Below, in pieces: positions 9,638-19,817 of a stretch of DNA of 64,000 bases (positions are counted from its first letter, which is position 1; each line of letters starts with the position of its first letter). The stretch is from Desulfobacterales bacterium (GTDB lineage Bacteria; Desulfobacterota; Desulfobacteria; Desulfobacterales; UBA2174): contig CAXXWC010000022.1 of the NCBI GenBank assembly GCA_963668645.2, positions 64,001 through 128,000 on the forward strand, written 5' to 3'. The position numbers were made by a program, and so were the translations under genes. The notes below the pieces were generated by a model. It made no database searches, was not told where the DNA came from, and saw nothing but the letters and a program-made list of their open reading frames with translations.

Positions 9638-10135
9638 ATGATGCACCTGATCCACATCGATCCGCGGCTGGACAACCATATCGAAGACCTGCGCCGGGCC
9701 GGAAAAAAGGGCCGGATCGCCGCCGAACACGCCGAACAAGTCATTTCGGCCATGCAGCATGGCGGCCCCGCAGCAGCCCGGCACCTGCCCCAGACCCACA
9801 AGGGGGAGCTGCGCCTGGACGGCTGCATCAAGTACGACCTGGGCGGTGGCTACCGCATGCTGACCGTCAAACAGGGCAAAGAGCGCTTCATCCTCTTTGC
9901 CGGAAGCCATGACGACTGCGACCGCTGGATCGAGAACAACCGGGAACTGGCCTTCGATTTAATCCGCGAGCGCTGCCGGCACCATCGGGTCATGGTAAAT
10001 CCCGAATCCGAATCGGATCCGACAATCCCACAAAACATCGACACGCCGGAAGGCTTGAATCCTACAGACCTCTGCCCCGAACTGGATCAGAAGGTGTTGC
10101 GCCTCGTATTCGCCGGACTGTGCGGGACGGATTGA
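9638..10135 (+). CDS. Hypothetical protein, possible RelE/ParE-like fold
   Basis: RBS GAGG. KYDLGGGYRMLTV...LFAGSHDDCDRW resembles a RelE-type beta-sheet (weak). Confidence 0.55.
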   Translation: MMHLIHIDPRLDNHIEDLRRAGKKGRIAAEHAEQVISAMQHGGPAAARHLPQTHKGELRLDGCIKYDLGGGYRMLTVKQGKERFILFAGSHDDCDRWIENNRELAFDLIRERCRHHRVMVNPESESDPTIPQNIDTPEGLNPTDLCPELDQKVLRLVFAGLCGTD

Positions 10136-10261
10136 TCCTTTCAATGAAGCCCGCCCAATTGATCCAAATTATCGTTTTGCCTTTGTTCTTGATGGCCGGT
10201 TAAGAGATATGTCTCACTTGTCCGTCTTGCCGTAAAGGGACCGACACCTTTCAGGGAGGAA

Positions 10262-11356
10262 ATGAAGATGGGGAAAAACTGGTTTGCCACCCGTTGGGGC
10301 ATCATCGGGGTCGGGGCGTTTATCGGAGTAGTGGCCGCCCTGCTGCAGAAAATGGGCAACCCCGGCAACATGGGCATCTGCGTGGCCTGTTTCGAGCGGG
10401 ATATCGCCGGGGCCATCGGGCTGCATCGGGCCGCGGTGGTTCAGTATATCCGACCCGAAATCATCGGCTTCGTGCTCGGCTCGCTGATCGCGGCTTACAT
10501 GTTCAAAGAATACCGGCCCAGGGCCGGCTCGGCCCCCATCGTGCGCTTTATCCTGGGCGTCTTCGCCATGATCGGCGCCCTGGTTTTTCTCGGCTGTCCC
10601 TGGCGTGCCGTGCTGCGCCTGGCCGGCGGCGACGGCAACGCCATTCTCGGACTGGCCGGGCTGGTCTGCGGCATCTGGATCGGCACCCTGTTTTTGAAAG
10701 GCGGCTACAACCTGGGACGCGCTCAGAAAACGTACCCTTCCGTGGGCTGGCTCCTGCCGCTGGCCCTGTTGGGCTTTCTGGTGTTGATGTTCATCTATCC
10801 CCAGGTTTCCGGCCAACCCCAAAGCGGGGTGTTGTTTTACAGCCAGAAAGGACCCGGGGCCATGCATGCCCCGCTGCTGATCTCCCTGATCGTGGGGCTG
10901 GTCATCGGATTTCTGGCCCAGCGCAGCCGTTTTTGCACCATGGGGGCACTGCGGGACCTGATCCTTTTCGGCCAGACCCACCTTCTGGGCGGGTTTCTGG
11001 CCCTGCTGATCTTCGCCTGCATCACCAACATCATCGTCGGCCAGTTCCATCCCGGGTTTGAAGGTCAACCGGTGGCCCACACCCTGCACGTCTGGAACTT
11101 CGCCGGCATGGTGCTCGCCGGCCTGGCCTTTGCCCTGGCCGGCGGATGTCCCGGCCGCCAGCTTTTTCTCTCCGGCGAAGGCGACGGGGATGCGGCCGTT
11201 TTCGTCCTCGGCATGATCGTCGGCGCCGCTTTTTCCCACAACTTCGGCCTGGCCAGTTCCCCCAAGGGGCTCGGGCCTCACGGCGTGGCGGCGGTGATCG
11301 TGGGCCTGGCGGTCTGCTTTTTCATCGGCCTGAGCATGCGGCAAAGGGCCAACTGA
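10262..11356 (+). CDS. yedE: YedE-family putative selenium transporter
   Basis: GNPGNMGICVACFERD, FLGCPWR, SRFCTMG and AGGCPGRQ; selD/yedF context. Confidence 0.9.
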   Translation: MKMGKNWFATRWGIIGVGAFIGVVAALLQKMGNPGNMGICVACFERDIAGAIGLHRAAVVQYIRPEIIGFVLGSLIAAYMFKEYRPRAGSAPIVRFILGVFAMIGALVFLGCPWRAVLRLAGGDGNAILGLAGLVCGIWIGTLFLKGGYNLGRAQKTYPSVGWLLPLALLGFLVLMFIYPQVSGQPQSGVLFYSQKGPGAMHAPLLISLIVGLVIGFLAQRSRFCTMGALRDLILFGQTHLLGGFLALLIFACITNIIVGQFHPGFEGQPVAHTLHVWNFAGMVLAGLAFALAGGCPGRQLFLSGEGDGDAAVFVLGMIVGAAFSHNFGLASSPKGLGPHGVAAVIVGLAVCFFIGLSMRQRAN

Positions 11357-11408
11357 CTCTGCAGAGCGATAACATCACAACGTATTGAACCGGCATCGAG
11401 GGGGAAAA

Positions 11409-12317
11409 ATGATCGAAAAGCTGCGGATGCAACACGTATCGACGTCACCGGCACTTTGGCTCGCCCTGGCGGCGGCGATCTGTCTCGTTTTGGCCGCTCC
11501 CGCCAGCGCCCAAGGCGTGCTTGAGAAGATCGAAAAGACCGGCCAGGTCAACATGGGATTTCGCGAAGGTTCGATCCCCTTCGGCTATATCGACGCCAAG
11601 GGCGAGTGGGTCGGCTTCGGCATCGATCTGGGCCAGCAGATCGTCGATGCCTTGAGCGCCCGCTTCGGCAAGCCGATCGAACTGGTCAAGCACCCCATCA
11701 ATCCCAAAACCCGTATCCCCCTGGTAGCCAACGGCACGGTGGATATCGGCATCGGATCGACGACCATTACCCTGGCACGCGAGGAAGTGGTCGATTTCAG
11801 TCTTCCCTATTTTCTCACCGGAACCCGGCTGCTGGTGCCCAAAGAAAGTGCCATCGCCGACTTTCCGGATCTGGCCGGCAAACGGGTGGGCATGGGCAGC
11901 GGCTCCACCGCCAACATCAAAGGCCTGGACAAGGCTATGGCCTCGGGCCTGATCCGCCCGGCCTGCGAAAAAGTCCTGTTTGAAGAGCACAACAAGGGCT
12001 TTCTGGCATTGCAGCAGGGCAAGATCCACGCCTACTTCACCGATGCGAGCATCCTGGCCGGAATGATGGCCAAGGCCCAACACCCCGATGACTGGAAAAT
12101 CGTCGGCAACTACCTCACCTACGAGCCCTACGGCATCATCCTGCCCGAAGGCCAGGGGGAATGGCGCGATTTCGTCAACGCCACCCTCATCCGAACCATC
12201 AAAAGCGGCCGATTCGAGCAACTCTACGACAAATGGTTCGGACCGTCCGGTGAAGTGCCCCTGCCGATGAGCAACGAGTACAAGACCCTGCTCAAGGCCC
12301 TGAGTTATCCGGACTGA
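11409..12317 (+). CDS. Polar amino-acid ABC transporter substrate-binding protein
   Basis: Signal peptide, GFREGSIPF, STTITLAREEVVDFS, EPYG and YDKWF. Confidence 0.88.
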   Translation: MIEKLRMQHVSTSPALWLALAAAICLVLAAPASAQGVLEKIEKTGQVNMGFREGSIPFGYIDAKGEWVGFGIDLGQQIVDALSARFGKPIELVKHPINPKTRIPLVANGTVDIGIGSTTITLAREEVVDFSLPYFLTGTRLLVPKESAIADFPDLAGKRVGMGSGSTANIKGLDKAMASGLIRPACEKVLFEEHNKGFLALQQGKIHAYFTDASILAGMMAKAQHPDDWKIVGNYLTYEPYGIILPEGQGEWRDFVNATLIRTIKSGRFEQLYDKWFGPSGEVPLPMSNEYKTLLKALSYPD

Positions 12318-12352
12318 TCGCGTAGGACGTGTATAGAACGCGTCGCCGATAA

Positions 12353-12407
12353 AAAGGCTCCCTTGGTGCCGCAGCGTTTTTGCCGCAAGCGCCTCAAGGG
12401 GGCCTTT
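12353..12407 (+). other. Intercistronic stem-loop after the binding-protein gene
   Basis: AAAGGCTCCCTTG ... CAAGGGGGCCTTT arms. Confidence 0.45.
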
Positions 12408-12415
12408 GGGGCGTT

Positions 12416-13145
12416 ATGGGAATTTTCAATTACACCTTCGATTGGAGCGTACTGTGGCGTCCCCCGTATGGTGGGATGCTCGTCAAGGGGATCGCCACCA
12501 CCCTTCACCTGTCGCTGCTGGCCTGGCTCATCGCCCTGGCCCTGGGCCTGACGGTCGGCATCGGCCGTGTCCTGCCCTCGGGCCTGGCCCGCCTGGCCGG
12601 AGCGGCCTATGTACAGGTTTTTCGCAACACCCCGTTTTTGGTCCAGCTCTTTTTCTGGTATTTCGCCGCCCCCCCTGCTGCTTCCCAAACCGGCCCAGGA
12701 GTGGCTTTACGCCAGCGTGCCCGATTACGCCTACTGGGCCGGGGTCCTGGCCCTGGGCACCTACACCGCCTCGCGGGTCGCCGAACAGCTGCGATCCGGC
12801 CTGCTGTCGATTCCCCGCGACCAGTACCAGGCGGCCTACGCCAGCGGCCTGACCACTTTTCAGGTTTACCGGTACGTGATCGGGCCTTACGCCCTGCGCA
12901 TCGTGCTGCCGCCGTTGACCACCGAGTTTCTGACCTGTTTCAAGAATTCGGCCCTGGCCATGACCATCGGGGTGATGGAGGTCACCCACACCGCCTATTA
13001 CATCGACTCGTTTACCTGGCACGGGCTGGAAACCACCACCGCTGCCAGTGCGGTCTACCTGTGCATCGCCCTTTGCATCATCGGATTTATGTCCCTTGCC
13101 GAGAAAAGACTGCGCATCGTCGGCATGATCGCCAGGGAGCGATAA
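12416..13145 (+). pseudogene. Amino-acid ABC permease with +1 frameshift in a C7 run (12669-12675)
   Basis: N-half (FRNTPFLVQLFFWYFAAP) and C-half (LLLPKP...AEQLRSG...FKNSALA) are in different frames joined at GCCCCCCCTG; may be a sequencing error. Confidence 0.8.
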
Positions 13146-13148
13146 TCC

Positions 13149-13808
13149 ATGGACACGGGGGTCATCACCAGAAACTTCGGTTTCATGATGGGAGGGCTGG
13201 GGCTGACCTTTCAACTTGCGGCCTTGACCATCGTCGGTGGCCTGCTCCTCGGCATCGTGCTGGCTTCGGCCCGGCTCAGCCACCGGCCCTGGCTCTACTG
13301 GCCGGCGACGGTCTACGTCCATTTTTTCCGGGGGCTGCCGCTGATCCTGGTGATCTTCTGGCTCTACTTTCTCTTTCCAGTCATCACCGGCAGGCCGGTG
13401 AACGCCTTTAACGCCGCCATCGTTTCCTTTATCGTCTTCGAGGCGGCGTATTTTGCCGAAATCGTCCGGGCCGGGATCCAGTCCATCCCCGAAGGCCAGA
13501 CCATGGCGGCCCTCTCCAGCGGGTTGACCGGCTACCAGGCGGCCCGCTACGTGATCCTGCCCCAGGCCCTGCGCAATATGGTCCCGGCCCTGGTCACCCA
13601 GTCGGTGGTGATCTTCCAGGACACATCCCTGGGGTATGTGATCGGTCTGAGGGAATTTTTACGGCGCGTCAACCTGGTGGACGCTCGCGAGGCGCGATCC
13701 GTGGAACTCTATCTTTTCGCCGGGCTGGTCTATTTTCTGATCTGCTCGGCCGGTTCGCTGGCCAGTCAACGGCTCGAAAAGGACCGCCAGCGGATGCGGC
13801 TGGCCTGA
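13149..13808 (+). CDS. Amino-acid ABC permease
   Basis: FRGLPLIL, AYFAEIVRAGIQSI, LPQALRN and QDTSL. Confidence 0.9.
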   Translation: MDTGVITRNFGFMMGGLGLTFQLAALTIVGGLLLGIVLASARLSHRPWLYWPATVYVHFFRGLPLILVIFWLYFLFPVITGRPVNAFNAAIVSFIVFEAAYFAEIVRAGIQSIPEGQTMAALSSGLTGYQAARYVILPQALRNMVPALVTQSVVIFQDTSLGYVIGLREFLRRVNLVDAREARSVELYLFAGLVYFLICSAGSLASQRLEKDRQRMRLA

Positions 13809-13853
13809 TCGGCGTTCGAGGTGTCAAGCCTTGATGGCAGGAAAGAAGGGAAA

Positions 13854-14687
13854 ATGAAAGCTGCCGTTCAGATTTCCATCCTGTGCGAAGACCAGGCCAG
13901 GATGGGCTTTAAGGACAAGATCTTTCTGGCCCAGCACGGTTTCAGTGCCTTTGTCGAGGCCGGTGCTAAAATCCTTTTCGATACCGGCGCGACGGATGTT
14001 TTTCTGCACAATGCCAAGCTGCTGGGAATCGATCCGGCCGCGGCCGATCTGGTGGTCTTGAGCCACGGGCACTGGGACCACTCGGACGGACTCAAGGCGC
14101 TGGCCGGCCGAACGGACAAAAAACTCCGGTTGCTGCTTCACCCCGGGGTCTTTGCCGATCGCCACAAGGCCAGCGGAGAGTACAATGGCGTCGGTTTTAC
14201 CCGGCAGCAGATCGCCCAAAACTTCGAACTGGTCGAATCCGAAGCGTCCTGCGAGGTGGCCCCGGACGTCTTTTTTCTCGGTGAGATCCCACGGATCAAC
14301 GACTTCGAGGCTCGCCGGACACCTTTTTTCCAGGTCACCGGAGACCGGCAGGTGCCGGACTTTATCCTGGACGACAGCGCCCTGGCCATCCGCACGGCCC
14401 GCGGCCTGGTGATCGTCTCGGGCTGTTCCCACGCCGGTATCTGCAACATCGTCCAGCAGGCCCGTACGGTCACCGGCGAAGACCGACTGCACGCCGTGCT
14501 GGGCGGCTTTCACCTGCTGGAAAACCCGGAGCAACTGGAGCGGACCGTTGCGTTTTTCGAAACCAACCGGGTCGAGCACCTCTATCCCATGCATTGCACC
14601 GATCTGACGGCGCTGTCACGGTTCCACCAGCAATTCAAAATTCGCAAGCTCTGCGCCGGAGACCGGATTACTCTCGGCAACGCCTAA
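13854..14687 (+). CDS. MBL-fold metallo-hydrolase
   Basis: LFDTG, SHGHWDH, GCSHAG, GGFHL and PMHCT. Confidence 0.88.
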   Translation: MKAAVQISILCEDQARMGFKDKIFLAQHGFSAFVEAGAKILFDTGATDVFLHNAKLLGIDPAAADLVVLSHGHWDHSDGLKALAGRTDKKLRLLLHPGVFADRHKASGEYNGVGFTRQQIAQNFELVESEASCEVAPDVFFLGEIPRINDFEARRTPFFQVTGDRQVPDFILDDSALAIRTARGLVIVSGCSHAGICNIVQQARTVTGEDRLHAVLGGFHLLENPEQLERTVAFFETNRVEHLYPMHCTDLTALSRFHQQFKIRKLCAGDRITLGNA

Positions 14688-14730
14688 GTTGCCAAACATG
14701 GATTTTTCAAAAAGCCAAAGGAGGTGTACC

Positions 14731-14949
14731 ATGGCGAAACTTGTCGATGCCCGGGGGCTTTCCTGCCCCCAGCCGGTGCTGCTGACCCTCGGTGAAATCA
14801 AAAGCGGTTCGGACAGCGAACTCGTCGTGCTGGTCGATACCGACACGTCCAAGGAGAACGTGAGCCGCGCCGCCGCCAGCCAGGGCTGGGCCGTTGAGGA
14901 CGTCCAGCCCGAAGGCGAAGGTTACAAGATCAGCCTTCGGAAAGGGTAG
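14731..14949 (+). CDS. TusA/SirA-family sulfur (selenium) carrier
   Basis: VDARGLSCPQP motif, 72 aa, RBS AAGGAGG. Confidence 0.88.
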   Translation: MAKLVDARGLSCPQPVLLTLGEIKSGSDSELVVLVDTDTSKENVSRAAASQGWAVEDVQPEGEGYKISLRKG

Positions 14950-14951
14950 CC

Positions 14952-15524
14952 GTGGGCTGGCTTTCCTTTCTCAAAAAAAAGGCGCCGGACCCGGCGGGCC
15001 GCACCGCCGGGCCGGACCGGCGCGGGGTCGACCGCGGCATTCTGATTTTCGAAAACACCAGCGAGGTGATCCGGGCCGAGAACTGTCTCAAGGCGGCCGG
15101 CTGGCCGGTGCGCGTGATGGGCCCTCCGCCGGAGATCCAGCGCGGCTGCGACCTGGTGATCGAGTTTCCCCTCATCGAGCGGCTCGAAATCATGCGGCTG
15201 CTCAATGCGAACGGAGCACCGCCCCTGGAGATGGTGCCGGTGACCGGGCCCCTGCTGCAACCGGTGGACCTGTTCCAGACCGTCGATTACGGGGCCTGGC
15301 TGATGGTGCGGGCCGCCAACATGAAAATCTGCATCGAAAAGGCGTCTCAAACCATCGTCAACATTTCGGGTGGCGGATGTCCGGACGTGCCCTACCTGGC
15401 GCAGGAGATGGTGGGAAAATCGCTTGCCGAGGCCCCGCGGCCGCGCGATATCGGCCACACCCTCTGCGGGTACGCCCTGGAGCTGGCCTACGAGGAGATC
15501 TGCCGCCAATGCTCTGCGTCGTAG
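14952..15524 (+). CDS. DUF3343-type putative Se/S carrier-associated protein
   Basis: FENTSEVIRAE, PPPEIQRGCDL, SGGGCPDVP and TLCGYAL. Confidence 0.7.
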   Translation: MGWLSFLKKKAPDPAGRTAGPDRRGVDRGILIFENTSEVIRAENCLKAAGWPVRVMGPPPEIQRGCDLVIEFPLIERLEIMRLLNANGAPPLEMVPVTGPLLQPVDLFQTVDYGAWLMVRAANMKICIEKASQTIVNISGGGCPDVPYLAQEMVGKSLAEAPRPRDIGHTLCGYALELAYEEICRQCSAS

Positions 15525-16387
15525 GCACGGTTCCCGATTCGACCTTTCCGCTGACCACCGGGCCGATGCACCTGGAAAACGGCCGGCTGGTGATCGGCGG
15601 CAAAACCGTTGCCATCCATCGCGGCACGCCTGCCCTGCTGGGGGCCGTCCTGGCGGCCGGCGCGGTCCTTTCCCTGCCTCCGGTGCAGGCCTGGCTGGCG
15701 GGCGACATCGGCCGTGGCGAGGGCAGCCGGCGGCTTTATGCCCACATGGAAGCCGAACTGGCCCGCCATCCCTGGACGGTTGTGGCCTTCCACTATCTGC
15801 AGCCGGACGTGGACTGGCACAACCGGGTCCTGTTCGCCGTGGGCAAAATCCGGCCGCGGCCGGTGCTGATCGCCGACGCCGGCTTCATGTACGCGGCCAA
15901 GATGAGCAGCCAGGCCCCGGAATACGACCTGTTCACCCCGGATGTGGGGGAACTGGCCTTTCTGGCCGACGAGCAGGCCCCCCACCCTTTTTATACCCGC
16001 GGCTTTATCCTGCACCAGGAGGACCGGGTGCCAGAACTGATCAAGCAAGCCTACCGCCATGCCGATGCGGCCCGCTGGCTTCTGGTCAAGGGCCGCACGG
16101 ACTACCTGGCCGATGCCGGGGGAATTCACGCCACGGTGAACACCCCGGCCTGCGCGGCCATGGAGGCCATGGGCGGCACCGGTGACACCCTGGTGGGGCT
16201 GGCGGCGGCCCTGACGGCTTCCGGGATGCCGGTGGCGCAGGCCGCCGTTCTTGCAGCCCGGGTCAACCGTCTGGCCGGAAAGCTGGCGGCCCCCGATCCG
16301 GCCACCCAGATCGCAGCCATTGTGGAAAAGATCCCGGAGGCCCTGAAACGATTGATCCAGGCTCCCGGCGCAACACACCCGGCATAA
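15509..16387 (+). CDS. Ribokinase-fold carbohydrate kinase / NAD(P)HX dehydratase-like protein
   Basis: IADAG, FTPDVGELAFL, LLVKG and MGGTGDTL; ATG at 15509 overlaps the upstream gene. Confidence 0.75.
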   Translation: MLCVVGTVPDSTFPLTTGPMHLENGRLVIGGKTVAIHRGTPALLGAVLAAGAVLSLPPVQAWLAGDIGRGEGSRRLYAHMEAELARHPWTVVAFHYLQPDVDWHNRVLFAVGKIRPRPVLIADAGFMYAAKMSSQAPEYDLFTPDVGELAFLADEQAPHPFYTRGFILHQEDRVPELIKQAYRHADAARWLLVKGRTDYLADAGGIHATVNTPACAAMEAMGGTGDTLVGLAAALTASGMPVAQAAVLAARVNRLAGKLAAPDPATQIAAIVEKIPEALKRLIQAPGATHPA

Positions 16388-16441
16388 GCGCTTTTTCATC
16401 ATTCACGCCAATCGCTCCAATCGACACACGAGGAGAAATTC

Positions 16442-17719
16442 ATGAGCCAAGACTATCGTGACATGTGGACCGGCCTCGGGCTGGATCTTGACGCCCACGA
16501 CGCCCTGCTGGGCGTTCTCGGAAAATTCTACCAGGACATCTACCTGGCCCAGGAAAACCGTCCCGAAGGGATGAAGTACTTCGACTTCGTCATGAGTGAG
16601 GTCCACGGCCTGCGCATCAAGGAGCTTTTGGACGAAAAAGCCGCCGGCCGCAAGATCATCGGCTCGTACTGTGTTTTTGTCCCGGAAGAGATCGTGCTGG
16701 CCGCCGATGCCACCCTGGTAGGGCTGTGCGCCGGGGCCGACTTCGCCATGGAAGAGGCTGAAAAGATGCTGCCCAGAAACACCTGCGCCCTGATCAAATC
16801 CTCCTTCGGATTCAAGCTCGGCAAGGTCTGCCCCTACCTGGAGGCCTCCGACATGATCGTGGGTGAAAACACCTGCGACGGCAAGAAAAAGGCCTACGAG
16901 TCGCTGGACACGCTGGTTGACAACCTCTACGTGATGGACATCCCCCAGGTCAAATCGGAAAAGGGAAAAGATCTGCTCAAAACCGAATACTGGCGCTTCA
17001 AAGAGGCGATGGAAAACCTCACCGGGGTGACCATCGACGCCGAGCGGCTCAAAGAGGGGATCCGTACGGTCAACGCCAAACGCAAAGCCCTGCATCGCCT
17101 CTCGGCCCTGCGGGCCGCGGATCCGGCCCCGATCTCGGGCCTGGACGCCCTGCTGGCCAGCCAGGTTTCCTTTTACGACAATCCCCAGCGATTCACCGAG
17201 GCGGTGAACAAGATCTGCGACGAACTCGAGCAGCAGATCGCCGCCCAAAAAGGCGTCTTTGCCCAAGATACACCGCGCCTGATCGTTTCAGGATGCCCCA
17301 TGGCGGTGCCCAGTTGGAAACTGCCCTGGATCGTGGAAAGCGCCGGGGCCGTGATCGTGGGCGAGGAATCCTGCGTGGGCGAACGTGGGATCCGCAACCT
17401 GACCGACGATTCGGGTCAATCGGTCGAGGCCCTGATGGAGGCCATCGTGGAGCGCTACTTCAAGATCAACTGCGCCATTTTCACCCCCAATCCGGAACGC
17501 CGGGCCCACGTCGAGGAGATGGTGAGCGCTTACAACGCCGACGGCGTGATCCACTACGGCCTGCTCTTCTGCCAGCCCTATCTGATGGAATCCATCCCTG
17601 TGGCCAAGGCCCTGGAGGCCGAAGGCATCCCCACCCTGCGCATCGATACGGACTACAGCATGGAGGATGTGGGACAGTTGAAAACACGCATCGAGGCGTT
17701 TGTGGAAATGCTGCGGTAA
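16442..17719 (+). CDS. 2-hydroxyacyl-CoA dehydratase-family protein, double-cubane-cluster reductase (DCCP) type
   Basis: Single 425-aa subunit with YFDFVMSEVHGLRIKEL, YCVFVPEE, RNTCALIKS, NTCDGKKK, EESC, NCAIF, FCQPY and DTDYS. Confidence 0.8.
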   Translation: MSQDYRDMWTGLGLDLDAHDALLGVLGKFYQDIYLAQENRPEGMKYFDFVMSEVHGLRIKELLDEKAAGRKIIGSYCVFVPEEIVLAADATLVGLCAGADFAMEEAEKMLPRNTCALIKSSFGFKLGKVCPYLEASDMIVGENTCDGKKKAYESLDTLVDNLYVMDIPQVKSEKGKDLLKTEYWRFKEAMENLTGVTIDAERLKEGIRTVNAKRKALHRLSALRAADPAPISGLDALLASQVSFYDNPQRFTEAVNKICDELEQQIAAQKGVFAQDTPRLIVSGCPMAVPSWKLPWIVESAGAVIVGEESCVGERGIRNLTDDSGQSVEALMEAIVERYFKINCAIFTPNPERRAHVEEMVSAYNADGVIHYGLLFCQPYLMESIPVAKALEAEGIPTLRIDTDYSMEDVGQLKTRIEAFVEMLR

Positions 17720-17896
17720 CCGGTATTTTTATAGATATGATAACGATTACTACTTGCAATCCGGCTTTTGGATTCTTATTGTGACTGATAAGACAGTTCT
17801 GCCGCCAGGAGAGACCTTGGCCTTCCGTTAAAGGCGCTGATCTTAGCGGCAGACCCCTTTGAATGAAAAATGCTGATGATGAAAGGAGACCGAAAG

Positions 17897-18547
17897 ATGG
17901 AAGAGACAAAAGCCGGAATGCCCCTGCTGGGTGACCTCTTTCCCGAACTGAAGGTTCAGACCACCCACGGGCCGATGCAGCTGCCCGGCGACCTGAAAGG
18001 CAAATGGTTCGTATTTTTCAGCCACCCGGCCGATTTCACACCTGTGTGCACGACGGAATTCGTGGCCTTTCAAAAACGCTACGAGCAGTTCCAGGCCCTT
18101 GGCTGTGAATTGGTCGGGATGTCGATCGATCAGGTTTTTTCCCATATCAAATGGGTCCAGTGGATCAAAACAGCCCTGGATGTGGAGATCAAGTTTCCCA
18201 TCGTCGCGGCCAACGATGCCGTGGCCATGAAGCTCGGGATGCTGCACCCGGGCAAAGGCACCAACACGGTGCGCGCCGTGTTCATCTGCGATCCGCAAGG
18301 CAAGGTGCGCCTGATCATGTACTACCCGCAGGAAATCGGACGCAACATGGATGAAATCCTGCGCGTGGTCAAAGCCTTGCAAGTATCGGACAAGCAGGGG
18401 GCCGTGGCGGCCGGATGGCCGGAAAACGAGCTGATCGGCGACCGGATCATCGTCCCGCCGGCCACCAACGAGGCCGATGCCGCCAAGCGCGCGGATCAAT
18501 ACGAGTGCTATGATTGGTGGTTCTGCCACAAGCCGTTGGAAAAATGA
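17897..18547 (+). CDS. Peroxiredoxin (Prx6-type with C-terminal CxDWWFC)
   Basis: [22 protein letters not shown] and CYDWWFC. Confidence 0.92.
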   Translation: MEETKAGMPLLGDLFPELKVQTTHGPMQLPGDLKGKWFVFFSHPADFTPVCTTEFVAFQKRYEQFQALGCELVGMSIDQVFSHIKWVQWIKTALDVEIKFPIVAANDAVAMKLGMLHPGKGTNTVRAVFICDPQGKVRLIMYYPQEIGRNMDEILRVVKALQVSDKQGAVAAGWPENELIGDRIIVPPATNEADAAKRADQYECYDWWFCHKPLEK

Positions 18548-18603
18548 GCCGTCCGGCACCGGCCGGACCCGACACCACGAAGCATCAAAAGGAGGATCCC
18601 AAG

Positions 18604-18813
18604 ATGAAATACGGCGCCAGAAACCAAATCCGGGCCAAGGTGGAATCCATCCAGAGCGGCGAGATCATGTCCCTTGTCAAGTGCCGGGTGGAAGACCCTG
18701 TGCAGATGGGATCGGTGCTGACCACCGAATCGGTCAAGGAGCTCAATTTGGCCCCCGGTGACGAGGTGCTGCTGGTGATCAAGGCCATTCACGTGCTTCC
18801 GGTAAAACCCTAA
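18604..18813 (+). CDS. TOBE/Mop molybdate-binding protein
   Basis: MKYGARNQI...SVLTTESVKELNL...VIKAIHV. Confidence 0.85.
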   Translation: MKYGARNQIRAKVESIQSGEIMSLVKCRVEDPVQMGSVLTTESVKELNLAPGDEVLLVIKAIHVLPVKP

Positions 18814-18836
18814 CCGAACAGGGGAAGTGACAGCGG

Positions 18837-19589
18837 ATGCGCACGGTGGGAATCGATATCGGCTCGCGCACGATCAAACTGGCCGTTTGGGACGACGGAA
18901 AAATTATCGAAACCCGCCAGGACGATACCGGCTTCGACCCGTTGACCCGGGCACGCAGGCTGCTCCAAGGAGTGGCCTGCGACCGCATCATGGCCACCGG
19001 GTACGGCCGCAATCTGCTGGAAGTCGCCCTGGATGCGCCGACGGTGACCGAAATAAAAGCCCATGCCACCGGCGCCCGCTATCATTTCCCCCAGGCGCGC
19101 ACCGTGCTGGACATCGGCGGCCAGGACAGCAAGGCCATCGCCCTGAATGTCCAAGGCAAGGTGGTCAAGTTCGAAATGAACGACCGCTGCGCCGCCGGAA
19201 CCGGCAAGTTTCTCGAGATCATGGCCAAATCTCTCGGGTTCGAACTGGATGAATTCGGGGACCAGGCGGCCATGGCCGGCAAGGATCTGACCATCAACAG
19301 CATGTGCACGGTGTTCGCCGAATCCGAGGTCACATCCCTGGTGGCCCGGGGCGAGGATCGTAACGAAATCGCCCTGGGCCTCCACAAATCCATCGTCCGG
19401 CGGGCCGTCGGAATGCTCAAACGCGTGCATGAAGGCGGCCCGGTGGTCTTCAGCGGCGGGGTCGCGCACAACCCCTGCATCCGCGACCTCGTCCAGCAAA
19501 GCCTGCACCAGGATCTCCTGGTGGCCGGCGATCCCCAGACGACCGGCGCCATCGGCGCGGCCCTGATCGCCGCCGGCAACGGCGCATAG
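18837..19589 (+). CDS. ATP-dependent [4Fe-4S] activase (acyl-CoA dehydratase activase/DCCP-R type)
   Basis: GIDIGS, TGYGR, DIGGQDSK, MNDRCAAGTG, SMCTVFAESE and GGVA. Confidence 0.92.
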   Translation: MRTVGIDIGSRTIKLAVWDDGKIIETRQDDTGFDPLTRARRLLQGVACDRIMATGYGRNLLEVALDAPTVTEIKAHATGARYHFPQARTVLDIGGQDSKAIALNVQGKVVKFEMNDRCAAGTGKFLEIMAKSLGFELDEFGDQAAMAGKDLTINSMCTVFAESEVTSLVARGEDRNEIALGLHKSIVRRAVGMLKRVHEGGPVVFSGGVAHNPCIRDLVQQSLHQDLLVAGDPQTTGAIGAALIAAGNGA

Positions 19590-19817
19590 TCGATGCCCCC
19601 CTTCCCCTTGGGCGTGATGAGAAACTCCGATTAGATACAAGCAAAAACGGCATCGACATAGCTTTCCAGATCTATCAAGATCCTTGTAAACCCGCTTCAA
19701 AAATGATCCAAACCGATCGTTCCGGGCCATAAGCCGGTATTGGTTGAACATTGGCCGACAGGGCGCGTCCGTCACCGGTGGAGTCGATTGTTTTCGTCTC
19801 TGGACGGGATTTCATCG

